A DNA stretch of 64,000 nucleotides. It comes from Chiloscyllium plagiosum. Its lineage: Eukaryota. Below are positions 49,013-61,240 of this stretch, piece by piece. The DNA is taken from positions 21,208,922-21,272,921 of the forward strand of contig NC_057720.1 in the NCBI RefSeq assembly GCF_004010195.1. The letters are read 5' to 3'. The position numbers were made by a program, and so were the translations under genes. The notes beneath the pieces are model-generated. The model ran no database searches, was not told the DNA's origin, and worked only from the letters and a program-made list of their open reading frames with translations. Position 1 is the stretch's first letter; every line of letters begins with the position of its first letter.

Positions 49013-49138
49013 AGATATTAGATTAGATTAGATTACATTACAGTGTGGAAACAGGCCAGTCGCCTGAGGCGGGAATTGAACCCGGATCTCTGGCGCTGTG
49101 AGGCAACAGTGCTAACCACTGTGCCACCGTGCCACCCA
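49013..49138 (-). mobile_element. Internally deleted HE1 SINE (head joined to tail)
   Basis: (GATTA)n...GTGGAAACAGGCC joined directly to AGTCGCCTGAGGCGGGAATTGAACCCGG.... Confidence 0.9.
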
Positions 49139-52100
49139 CATAGAAGCAAAACAGTGTTTCCTTGGCATTCAAAGATAAAAATAGATCATTGAATGTGAAG
49201 AATCTATTTCCATCTGCACTTGTCAGACTGTGCATTTTAAGTCATGGTGCACAAATATCAATGATGGACACCTAGGGGATCAGGTGCTAATAAGTGTTTT
49301 TATTTATTCAAGGCCTGTATATTTTTATAATCTGCGCCCTGCATGCTGATTTATCCATTATGCACTTTGTAGTGCAATAGATGTGGATGAACTGATGCTG
49401 AGAAGACTAAGTTACCAACGTTGATATTGCTGATACCACAACAATGCTGTGCCATCCCACCCTTTACAATTCAGCACATGTTGCAAAGACATGACACTTG
49501 GTTATCGCAAGCTCTGCATTTTTCAGATTTCAAAAAAAAAACTCTTTTTGCTTTAAAGTGTGTGACAGAAAACATGCTTTGTTTTCCCTCTGAAAGCAAA
49601 CAGTGATATAGCTCTTGAAGGGTTACAATTCAAAAAGAGATTAAGTTATTCCATGTTGTTAAAACAAAGTATAATTATTTTGGCTAGTCACAGGACATGA
49701 CAAATGATGTGCACATGGAACCAGTTTTGATTATCCAGATGCATAGAAAACAGACAGAGATTAATATCAATTTGCCATTCTACTCTGTCATTTGTTATAC
49801 TGAAGGAGGCAGAGATGCAGCTATCCATCTGGCTCTTTCTGCTGGTATAGAGCACATCTATATTTAGATGTGTACAGTAATTAAAAACCAGTTACATTTG
49901 ACACATTTTAATCTTGTGCTGGAACCATTTCATCACTATTTCCACTTCAGCAGAATATGAGAGTCACTAACCATTGTCGGTACATGCTTATTGGATATGC
50001 TGAGTGGTAGTTTGTGTGGCTGGATGCCAATCTGGAAGCGGTCCATTTTTGTTAATAGACATGTTTACCTTAATTCTCATCACCTCAATTTAGCGCTCTG
50101 CATTTCAATGAAGAAAGAGGTTGCTTTCAGTTGACTAATGAAAACTAATATAGTTTAATACTTTAACCTGTTACTATACTATCTTAACTTTAAAAAGTGA
50201 ATGTTAGTATTTATTGGGAAATGCATTTCCCAAATGTTGCAAACCATATGTTGCTTTATTTTGCCAAAATCCAATTTCAAGAACTACTTCAAATTCTTTC
50301 AGTGCCATGTGACTTTTATCTTCTTCATTCTTTGGATTGAATCTGAGTAAGGTGCCGTTTCAGTGCCTTGGTGTTCAAATACTTTGCATTCTTGCAATAA
50401 TATTTTGATCTGTTTATTTATAAAATTTTGTAATAATTTGTACTTTGCTTGCCATCCCTTCCACTGGTACAAACGCCACCCCTCACATCTTACTCAGACC
50501 AGACTAATTTTGAGATAATTATGGGGCTGAATGGTGTTAATTACATTTTTTTACAAAATTGTTATCCCAACAAATGAAGAAAAATCAATGGCCTTAATCA
50601 GACTAGGTCTTGATTTGTTCAAACAGCACCAACTGAGAATATAAGTGCGCAGGTACCTATCCAAACCCGACTGCGGGCTTTTTACTTTATTATTAGCTGG
50701 ACTAACAGAAACTTTACTTCACTAATTGCCTGTAAAGAAGTGTAAGTGTTCCAGGCATGTCAGCCTGACCAGGCAAAGAATTTAAAGCTTCTAGTATGAA
50801 TTACAGGTGGATGTAATTCAGAATGTGTCATCACCCATATCTATGTTCACTCTTTGGCCTTAAAGCAGTGAATCTAGCTTAACTGGCTGCTTCTCACACG
50901 ACTGAACACTGAATTAGAACAGCTCCAATCTCTAGTGTTGTCAGGGACAGGAATATGAAAGTTCCAAATGCACTTCACTGGTTGATGCAAGGATGAATTC
51001 GAATGGTGCATAATTAATGTTGGCACCTATGTCTCAGGGGAAACTTGAGCCTTGTTCTCATTGTGCACTGTTAGTGCATGCAGGCTGAGGTGGAAGAACA
51101 GGCCACTCACGTGCCTTGTGCACAGTCATTGATTTTTAATTCACTTATGGGATGTGGGCATTGCTGGTCCACCAGCATTTTCTATTGCCTCTTCTTAGTT
51201 GCCCTTGTGAAGGTGGTGGTGAGCTGCCTTCATGAACCACGGCTGTCCACATGCTGTATGTTGTCCCATAATGCCCTTAGGGAGGGAATTCGTTGTTATG
51301 AAAGCTGAGGTTGGGGGAATGTGAGTGAGATGTGGAAATTGGATTCATTATTGTTACTGTGAACAGCCATTTGTTACAGTGAAGAGTGACTGTGCTGTAG
51401 TTAGCTTGGTTTTCACCGTAATTATTTGGTCGCAGTCAATATCAGAAGAATAGAACCTTGTCAATCCTTAATGACCTTGTTAGACAGCATAGAATTCACA
51501 TGAATAAATTGGCATATATATGGTTGATCCAACCTTTTCCAGAGGTTGGACAGTTGATATTGGTTAAATGTTCTTAACTGAGGTATAATTGTAGCTCAGT
51601 TACCCAAAGTTATGTTTGTAGAGTTTTATTATTACAGATTTTGACCTTGTAGTATTATGGCTATCCAATATACTCTGAAATTGTTTGATTTATATTAGGA
51701 AGACCAGGCCAGCTATCCCTGGGCTAAATTGCTGCTTGACCCCAGGCTATCAGTTAAGTAACAGCAAATGTCAAATGAATTCCATTGGTAACAAGTAAAG
51801 TGGAGGTTGAATGCAGTGATGGGCAGGTACTCATGTCATTCTGAATCCATTTTGTCATTTTTAAAAATACCTTCGACAGTGACAACACAACCTGAACTGT
51901 TCAAAGCTATACCAAGTTTTTTTTTCTGAAATGTAGACACAAACTCAAACATGAAGCCAACAAAACCAATTGGACTTACCCAATGGAGTTAGCGTGCAAT
52001 AAAAAAACAGAAAATCTTGGAAACATTCATCGGATCTGACAAAAACAGCATTCATGGGTGGAATTTAATACCCTGTTGCCTCCCCATCTCTGCTTTTGAC

Positions 52101-52219
52101 TTAAGTCAATGGCCGGAAGGATGTGGATGCCCATCCTGCCCTGCTACCAACTGAGACTCCTAATGTGGAAAATTATTGCCCACCTTAAGGGCATCATCCT
52201 GCTATCTGCTAGTATTTAT

Positions 52220-52390
52220 TTATTTTTAGTGCCCCCAAACTGAGGATACTCTGAATCTCCTGGTCATTTTTTTAAACTTCATTTTCTTTCTTTACCCCCA
52301 CACTACCACCTAACTGTGGGAGTGCTTATATTTTCCCCAGCACCCATGTTCTGCATGTGCAGGTGTGAGACACAGTGAAAAACAACAAGT
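52220..52390 (-). mobile_element. Second copy of the 11114 retroposon 3' end, with extra 3' sequence
   Basis: ACCCCCACACTACCACCTAACTGTGGGAGTGCTTAT...GGTGTGAGACACAGTGA; flanks TCTGCTAGTATTTATT and TCTGCCAATATTTATT look like a decayed TSD. Confidence 0.75.
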
Positions 52391-52874
52391 GTCTGCCAAT
52401 ATTTATTCAGCATTAGGTATGGGGTACTCCCTAAGGGGACTGCATGAGGCAATCCACTTTGGGTTTGCTTATGGTCTTCCACGGTTTTTCTTGTTCAAAG
52501 GCACTCAGTGGTCGATCGAGAGAACCTGGTAATGAGAAGGGAGTGCCCACTGGGATCCACATCCCCTACTCTACATTAAATTCTGTGGAATGGTTCTTGG
52601 AAAAGTGCTTTTACGAGTGAGATGCATGACAGCTGGTCCACCTTTGCCATGTTAACTTTACAATTGCCACCTTTTGTTCTTCATCTCATTAATAATAATA
52701 CAAGTGGCCTCCATGGCACTGTGTCATGGAATTGTGCAGCAGGAGAGGCTGAAGTGCTCACTGCTGCTGGTACTTTGCAATGTTCATACACTGGCCTTAG
52801 CTGTGTGCCATTTCATGCACTGAGAGCCAGTTACTGGCCTTCACTCAGTGGTATGCCAGCATTAACACTGAGGA

Positions 52875-53098
52875 AATGGCTCCGAAAGCAAGTGAGATAC
52901 CTGCTTTACAGACAGGCACTTTGAGATGTTGGTGAAGGTCTGGTGGAGAAGAGGACAAGTCCTCGTCATCCTGACAGGTAAAGGAATCTGTGGCACCAGG
53001 CTCAGAGAGGCTGAACTGAGATAATCATCTGGGGCTAGGGTTAACAGAAATGCTCAGCTGCAGGAAGATGGTCTTCAGTGCTCTGTAAAGGCAAGTGC
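52875..53098 (+). mobile_element. Probable Harbinger Myb/SANT-like exon remnant
   Basis: CFTDRHFEMLV ... RNAQ/CRKM, ending in GCAAGT. Confidence 0.4.
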
Positions 53099-53358
53099 CA
53101 TAATTTTCTCTTCACTACCCCAAACTCACTGGACTGCCACTCACTCAAACTCTGCCACTGCACATGCCTCTCACCAAACCTCATGGGCTACAGCTCTAGT
53201 TATTGGATACAATATCTGCTGAACAGCTCTCACCCAGCTCATTTTTCCATACTATGAACCCTTTGGGTCCTCTGCATTTCCCACCTACTCACTGGGGACA
53301 CTCCATTCAGTCTCCTGCACCTGCCAGTGACTGCTCTTTCATTCCCTTTCATCATATC

Positions 53359-54842
53359 AAAGTTCAATGGTGCAATACCTTAGCAGGGATGACCGTGGAG
53401 GAACAATGGCGGATATTTCTGTGTATAATGCAGAAGTTGCAGGATCAGTTCATTCGTAAAAGGAAGAAAGATCCCAGGAGGAGGCATGGGTGGCCGTGGC
53501 TGACGAGGGAAGTTAAGAAACATATAAAGTTAAAAGAGAAAAAGTATAACATAGCAAAGAGAGACTGTTAAACGGAGGACTGGGAAGCTTNNNNNNNNNN
53601 NNNNNNNNNNNNNNNNNNNNNNNNNNNNNNNNNNNNNNNNNNNNNNNNNNNNNNNNNNNNNNNNNNNNNNNNNNNNNNNNNNNNNNNNNNNNNNNNNNNN
53701 NNNNNNNNNNNNNNNNNNNNNNNNNNNNNNNNNNNNNNNNNNNNNNNNNNNNNNNNNNNNNNNNNNNNNNNNNNNNNNNNNNNNNNNNNNNNNNNNNNNN
53801 NNNNNNNNNNNNNNNNNNNNNNNNNNNNNNNNNNNNNNNNNNNNNNNNNNNNNNNNNNNNNNNNNNNNNNNNNNNNNNNNNNNNNNNNNNNNNNNNNNNN
53901 NNNNNNNNNNNNNNNNNNNNNNNNNNNNNNNNNNNNNNNNNNNNNNNNNNNNNNNNNNNNNNNNNNNNNNNNNNNNNNNNNNNNNNNNNNNNNNNNNNNN
54001 NNNNNNNNNNNNNNNNNNNNNNNNNNNNNNNNNNNNNNNNNNNNNNNNNNNNNNNNNNNNNNNNNNNNNNNNNNNNNNNNNNNNNNNNNNNNNNNNNNNN
54101 NNNNNNNNNNNNNNNNNNNNNNNNNNNNNNNNNNNNNNNNNNNNNNNNNNNNNNNNNNNNNNNNNNNNNNNNNNNNNNNNNNNNNNNNNNNNNNNNNNNN
54201 NNNNNNNNNNNNNNNNNNNNNNNNNNNNNNNNNNNNNNNNNNNNNNNNNNNNNNNNNNNNNNNNNNNNNNNNNNNNNNNNNNNNNNNNNNNNNNNNNNNN
54301 NNNNNNNNNNNNNNNNNNNNNNNNNNNNNNNNNNNNNNNNNNNNNNNNNNNNNNNNNNNNNNNNNNNNNNNNNNNNNNNNNNNNNNNNNNNNNNNNNNNN
54401 NNNNNNNNNNNNNNNNNNNNNNNNNNNNNNNNNNNNNNNNNNNNNNNNNNNNNNNNNNNNNNNNNNNNNNNNNNNNNNNNNNNNNNNNNNNNNNNNNNNN
54501 NNNNNNNNNNNNNNNNNNNNNNNNNNNNNNNNNNNNNNNNNNNNNNNNNNNNNNNNNGGGGTAGGCCATTTAGGACAGAGATGAGGAGAAGCTTCTTCAC
54601 CCAGAGAGTGGTGGCTGTGTGGAATGCTCTGCCCCAGAGGGCAGTGGAGGCCCAGTCTCTGGATTCATTTAAGAAAGAGTTGGATAGAGCTCTCGAGGAT
54701 AGTCGAATCAAGGGTTATGGAGATAAGGCAAGAACAGGATACTGATTAGGAATGATGAGCCATGATCATATTGAATGGCGGTGCAGGCTCGAAGGGCTGA
54801 ATGGCCTACTCCTGCACCTATTGTCTATTGTCTATTGTCTAC
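53359..54842 (+). mobile_element. Young-looking CR1 LINE spanning the assembly gap
   Basis: Left: TVEEQWRIF...WPWLTREVKKHIKLKEKKY; right: GRPFRTEMRRSFFTQRVVAVWNALP and (CTATTGT)n tail. Confidence 0.85.
53591..54557. other. Assembly gap (967 N)
   Basis: Run of N. Confidence 1.
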
Positions 54843-57659
54843 TCAATCTCTCTATTTGTTTCAATCCTTGGTTTGATATCTGAAAAGCACTCCATCTGAC
54901 CCATCTATAATCCCCTGACTGACTGCAGTGACTTGCAGGGCTGACTGTTCCAATCCCCCGAACACAAGAATCCAAATCCCTGGATGCTTGTTTGTCCATA
55001 AACTTGACAGATTGTGGCCAATCCCTTGGACCAGAATTGACCCTGCTCCTTAACTGGCTGTGACCTTACCCCTTGACTGAGCATAAGCTCTGATGATCCA
55101 CGAAAGACTGGTCCCCTTTGAGTTTAAGACATAGCCATTTGGTTGAAATAGATGCATTGTGTTTGCCTCGTGTATGTTGTAGGTTTGACAACTGACAATG
55201 CCATAATGCTATGCAGCAACATGCCCACCACCTTGACTGTTCAGTGCTCCAAACCATGACAAGCTATCTGTCTCTCCCTTACCTCTAAAGAGATTGGCAA
55301 GCAACAGAGGCTGGCAGCATCAGTTAGCACAGAAGAGGCTATGCAAACCATAGTAGTCGGTTAACTCCATGTAGCAAAGTAAGTGAGCACCAGGAATAAA
55401 AAGTAAGCTCTGACCCATCTTGCGTAGGTGCATGTATTCATGCAGGCAAAGTGACCTGGCAGAAGCATGTTATAAATTGTAAAGAAGCACGTTCAAGTTA
55501 TAGATGTCCCTAAAGTTAAGTGCTGGAAGGTTCTAGTGGTGTATGATGTGGCTTAAAAGCAGCTTTGATGATGTGAGGCTGGTGGTTTAGCGATGTGTGG
55601 GTGAACATTGGAAGAGGAGCATCCAGGAGTGTTCTGATGGAGACAGAGTTGCCTGAAGGCCCACCAGAGAAGCAAGTGATGAGCTGATGCCAACAGGTAA
55701 TCTCTCTGACTTTCATGTCAGGAAATGGCACAATCTTGTTTCTCAGATAAGGAGAGGAGAATTGAGAGCTGCACAGATAGAAGAAGAATTTAACTCATAA
55801 CAAGATGCAAATGCATGGAAATAAAGTAATCGCTGTTGATTGGCAACATTCTAAACTTACACTTTAAACCTTAAGGGGAAAATCAGAAACCTTTTCCTGA
55901 TGTGAGAATCTGATTTTTTTTTTCATTTTCCTATTGCTCCCCCTGCTTAAGGGAATGGAAAATACTTTTCATTTCTGCCTTCACAGATTCTTCCAGACCT
56001 ATTGAGTATTTCCAGGATTTTTCTTTCTTTATTTCAAATGTATGGCATCCACAGTATTTCACTTTTGATGTTAGGGTGCATTAGGTGTATGACGCCAGAT
56101 GGAGTGCTAATCAATTTTGCTTCATCCCAGTAATACTGTTCTGTGGGAATGCAGCCTGAATGTGGAATCAGCATCTGATCCAATACGGGAGTAAATTGGA
56201 ATAAAACACCTTCATAGGAAGGCATTTTATTTGGTTTTGCTTTAGCATATCCAACTGAACCTGTGTTACTCAAAGATTAGCATCAATTTGTACTCAAAAC
56301 TGACATTGCAGTCATATTAATGCACACTCAGTTGATTCTTACTATTTGAATCCTGTTAAAGAGGTGAGTGTTTAACACTCCATTAAAAACTACCAATCAC
56401 CAGAGAAAGATATCTGCAACTCAGTTTAATCAAAACCTTTCACAATTATTGCTATTGTATTACATTAAAAGATAATGAAGAAACAGCCTATAGTAAGAAA
56501 TGATTTATGTGCAGGTGACAGGATCTTGGACAACTTATGCATTTTTCATTGTCAAACTAATTTCTGTATTAGTTTTAGTTATTTTGTTCCTAGATTCTCA
56601 ACTTACTTTGAGTTCATCTTAAAACTATAAATCATATGCAGATCAATCTGCATATAACTTGTACATCTTGTGATCTGAAGCGTGGAGAAGCAGACAGATG
56701 AGTTCAATTTCTCCATCTTCTGTGTAGAGAAATGGTGTTTGTATTTTAGAAACAAGGTATTGTTGTACTGAAGTGTAGGCGTGTTAAAACAAGGTTTGTA
56801 CCAAACAGGTTCAGGTCTGTGTAATGATTCTTCACTAATTGTTCAATTCAAAGTTTGTGGCCAAGGATTATTTGTACGTGACTGGAGGAGAGTACATTCA
56901 TTCATCTGAGATTTGACTGTAACATCACTCAGCATGAGAAACTGCCTTATTATCACTGACTGTTACGTTATGTTGTGTTGGTAGGGGGTAGAAAGGTAAT
57001 AATGTAATGACCAATTACTGTCTGCAATGTAGCAAATAATATTTTTAGCTACAGGTAAGCAATAGCTAATGACTGGGGTGTCAAGCTGCAAGGTCCAGTC
57101 AGTTGTTTTTATGATGGCTGTTAAATGTCAGGCATGTAAATTTGCCGGAAACATTTGGACAGATGCCCGACTGATGGCCCAGTTAAAGGAGAGCATGCCT
57201 TGTCGTGTAAGGTGTGCTGGTAGCCAGTGGAATCCTATAACTGTCTGGAAACCCAGTCGGTGAGTAGATAATCTCTTCTACCCTGTTCTTTTGATAATCC
57301 CAAGATTGTGAAAGGAAATAATCTATCCAGATGCTCCATCGTTAAAATCTAAGGTAAACTTCTGAGGTACAATTTCATTGTTGGGGTTCATGTCCTTTAC
57401 AGCTGACATAAAATTGAGTTCTAACTATTGTGGCATTTTGAGGCAAAGGTGATCACTTTCAGCATTGCAGTGTTTAGTAGGAGTCCAGTGGGTATAAAGG
57501 TGACTACTAATAGTCAATTTGTATCCAAAGGATTCTACTGCAAATAGAATAGATACTACAGTGATTTAGTTTTCTTCTCCTTGCAGTTTCAGTCATTGCC
57601 CTTGTGCAAATGGGTGACAAGACAATTTCAGAGAGCAGATAAGAGGCAGCCACCCTGCA

Positions 57660-57900
57660 ACAGGTCTGTAGTCACATATACACTTGACTGGGTAAAGACA
57701 GCAGAATTCCTTCCTTTAAAGGACCAGGTGTTTTTATTTTAATGACAACTGATGTTTATTTCATAGATGTCATTGCTTGGAACTAGTTTTTTAATTAATT
57801 GAATTTAAATTCCACCAGCTCAATTGGGAATTGAAACTGTGGCTAAAGAGGATCTCTGGATTACTAGTTCTAATGATGTTACCTCTATGGCACCGTCTTT
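57660..57900 (-). mobile_element. SINE remnant (family of 9142-9420)
   Basis: GGTCTGTAGTCACAT...GGGTAAAGACAGCAGAATTCCTTCC...GAATTTAAATTCCACCAG...CTGGATTACTAG. Confidence 0.55.
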
Positions 57901-58089
57901 CTCTGTCTCTGATAATGTGGTTCTGTCATTCTGATCGGCAATTGGTTTTGGCATCTGGTTAATAAAAAGGACCAGCTGGGATACCAATCACTAGAGTCTA
58001 ATATCCCAATTATTGAGAGAATGAGTCAATGTCTTTGTTTCTGTGATGTGATTGGTAAAAGAGACTGTGTATGTCACTGTACCATACAT

Positions 58090-58265
58090 CCCTCGTCACT
58101 ACCACATTTCCTAATTAAAACTCATCTCTTTGAACAAGTTTTGAGTCATCTCTCATGGTATCTCTTCCTTTGTCTCAGTATCCATTCTTGCCAAATTGTG
58201 CTTCTATGAAGTATTTTAAGGGTCCTGTTCTGTGCAAAAGGTGCTAAATAAATGCAAGTTGCTGT
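58090..58265 (+). mobile_element. L2-like LINE 3' tail
   Basis: TTAAAACTCATCTCTTTGAACAAG (LKTHLF) ... AAAGGTGCTAAATAAATGCAAGTTG. Confidence 0.6.
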
Positions 58266-58527
58266 GTTAGTGACACAAGAGAGGTTGATTCACATAAGAC
58301 GTGGATTTTACATAAACACAGCTCTGTGTATGGTTCAACGTTTAACATTTTTACCTTTTTAAGGTTTGGACCGTCTCAGGTCTATAAGCTACTTCGACTT
58401 CAGCACTTTCTAAATCAGTAACCAAGCTGTAATAAATCAAAGGAATTTCCCCTGCTACCCAAAAGGAGAATGTTCCTATGAAAGCTTTCATAAACCTAAA
58501 TGGCGTAAAGCGAAGAAGCAATTACCA

Positions 58528-58751
58528 TTAGATGATTAGATTCTCTACAGTGTGAAACCTTCAGCCCAATAAGTCCACACTGACCCTCCAAAGAGTAACC
58601 CACCCTGACCCATTTCCCTCTGACTAATGCACCTAACACTACGGGCAATTTAATATGGTCATTTCACCTGACCTGCACATCTTTGGACTATATGAGGAAA
58701 CCGGAGCACGCGGAGGAAACCCACGCAGACACGGGGAGAATGTGCAAACTC
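58528..58751 (-). mobile_element. 5'-truncated HE1 SINE
   Basis: Tail and core present; tRNA head absent. Confidence 0.9.
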
Positions 58752-59075
58752 TAATTAATTTATATTGTGCCTTTTCTCGTAAAAGTGAAATTTTTTTGGT
58801 TGGCAAAAACAGGTACTAACGTACATCTTTCGTAAAAGTGAAGTGGCGAAAACTGAACTTTCAAAAAGCAGCAAATACCTGTATACATTAGTTCAGAGAT
58901 ATAATGCAAATTTATCAGAGTTTCAGATAAAGCAAGGAAGGTTGGGAAGTGAGGCAAACAAAGTTGAGGAAGTAAATATCACCAAAATTAACACATAGAC
59001 ACAATATGTAAGATAAAAATTAAAGCAGGCTTGTGAGATCTCACACATCAGGGAAATTTGAGGCACACTCGTTTT

Positions 59076-59293
59076 ATTAGATTAGATTAGATTACTTTAC
59101 AGTGTGGAACCAGGCCCTTCGGCCCAACAAGTCCACACCGACCCGCCGAAGCGAAACCCACCCATACCCCTACATTTACCCCTTACCTAACACTACGGGC
59201 AATTTAGTATGGCCAATTCACCTGACCCTGCACATCTTTGGACTGTGGGAGGAAACCGGAGCACCCGGAGGAAACCCACGCAGACACGGGGAG
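59076..59293 (-). mobile_element. 5'-truncated HE1 SINE
   Basis: (ATTAG)4 tail and CpG-rich core; head absent. Confidence 0.9.
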
Positions 59294-59657
59294 GACTCAT
59301 ATCCAATTAATGTTTTTGAACTTAGATATCTGGGAATTATAGACTTAACATTTGTGATCTTGGACATTGAGGAGCTACGATCAGCAAAATAAATGAACAG
59401 CTATTGTGTCCCAAATTAGAAGTTGTCATTTGGAACTCATGTAGTGTTCTCATTAGTCATTTCTGGTTCTGAGCACCAGGGAAGCAGCCAAACCATGAAA
59501 GTGGTCTTTGAAAGACTCCAGAGTTATTGCATAAGGCAAGTGAGTCACAAGTAGCAGATTAAAACTTCAGACCTTGTGATCGTGTAACATGGTTTCCAAC
59601 CCACTGTGGTTGACAGAGCCCTGTCATCGAGCTTCCACCCTTGCCCCTTCCCATCAT

Positions 59658-60205
59658 TTAAGACCATAAGACATAGGATTGGAAGTAAGGCCATTCGGGC
59701 CATCGAGACCACTCTGCCATTCAATCATGGCTAATGGACATTTCAACTCCACTTACCCACACTCTCCCCATATCCCTTAACTCCTTGCGAGATTAAGAAT
59801 TTATCAATCTCTGCCTTGAAGACATTTAACGTCCTGGCCTCCACTGTGCTCCATGGCAGTGAATTGCACAGGCCCACCACTCTCTGACTGAAGAAATGTC
59901 TCCTCATTTCCATGTTAAATTGACCCCCACTAATTCTAAGACTGTGCCCATCGGTCCTAGTATCCCTGCCTGACGTAAACAATTTCCCAGCATCCACCCT
60001 TTCTAAGTCATACATTATCTTGTAAGTTTTTATTAGATCTCCCCTCAATCTTCTGAACTCTAACGAATACAATCCCAGGATCCTCAGCCATTCATCATAT
60101 GTTAGGCCTACCATTCCAAGGATCATCTGTGTGAATCTCTGCTGGACACGCTCCAGTGCCAGTATGTCCTTCCTGAGGTGTGGGGCCAAAACTGGACACA
60201 GCATG
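59658..60205 (-). mobile_element. CR1 LINE 3' end
   Basis: ORF 59743..60204(-) ALERVQQRFT...LYSLEFRRLRGDLI...FFSQRVVGLCNSLP. Confidence 0.95.
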
Positions 60206-60249
60206 TTGGGTTTACAATGATGTGATTATGTTCTCTTTGTCCTCCCTTT

Positions 60250-61170
60250 CATCCCCCCAGAATCTGCATTCAAAGGACCATTTCCACTATTTCAGACAAC
60301 ACCAGCAGAATGCCACCACCAAACACTTCTTGCCCCTCACTCCCCCGTCTGTATTTCACAGGGATCATTCCCTCTGGGACACCCTAGTCCATTTCACAAA
60401 CACCAACACCATCCCTCTCCCCATGTAACCACAGAAGGTCCAATACCTGCCTCTTCACCTCCTCCCTGGTCACCATCCAAGAGCCTAAACTGTCTTTCCA
60501 GATAAAGTAGCATTTCACCTGTCTCCTCCAAACTTGTTTGTTGAATTTGCTGCACCCAATGTGGCCCATTCTACATTGGAGAAACCAAACGTGGACTGGG
60601 TAACTGCTTTGCGGAACAGCTCTGGTCTGTGCACATGCAGGGCCCTGACCTTCCTGTAGCCGGTCATTTTAACCCAGTGTCTTGCTCACATGCCCACTTG
60701 TCTGTCATCTGCATGCTGTAGTTGTCCACTGAGTCACAGTGCAAACTGGAGGAACAGCATCTCTTTTTCAGGCTGAGCATTTCACACCCTTCTGCACTTA
60801 ATATTGAGTTCAACACCTTTACATTGTGAACTACTTCTTCTCCTTTTAGCTTGTTATTATGTCCTCCCTTACTCCCATTTCACTTATTGTCCTTTCAAGT
60901 CTGGCAGTTAGAAACCATTGTTCTGCCATTCTCACATTCCGATCACTTAATCTGAGCTATCAACATCTTTTCTCCACCAGCACCCTACACCCATTTCCCA
61001 TACACAACCTCATCCCAAACTATTACATAAATGCTGTCCCCTCCACACTTCACTTCAACTCTATAGACTCGGAACATTAGCTTGCTCTCTCTTCGTGGAT
61101 GCTGTCTGACCCATTAATATCTCCAGCATTGGTTGTTAGTACAGATTCCAGCATTTGCGGTAATTTGCTC
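60250..61170 (+). mobile_element. Penelope-like element (Neptune-like) 3' part: Cys linker, GIY-YIG, pLTR
   Basis: VFHRDHSLWDTLVH; PCNHRRSNTC; CCTQCGPFYIGETKR; KLEEQHLFFRL...LNIEF; TACATAAAT; hammerhead core deleted here. Confidence 0.88.
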
Positions 61171-61240
61171 TTGCAATTAAGAAAGACTGTTTAGATTCTT
61201 TTATTTTTGCAGAATAAATTGTTTTAAAATATGGTAAAAG

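Noticed and set aside
53530..54711. Two longest ORFs in the track (393 and 333 aa)
   Set aside because: They consist of X residues across the N gap; the real parts are antisense CR1.
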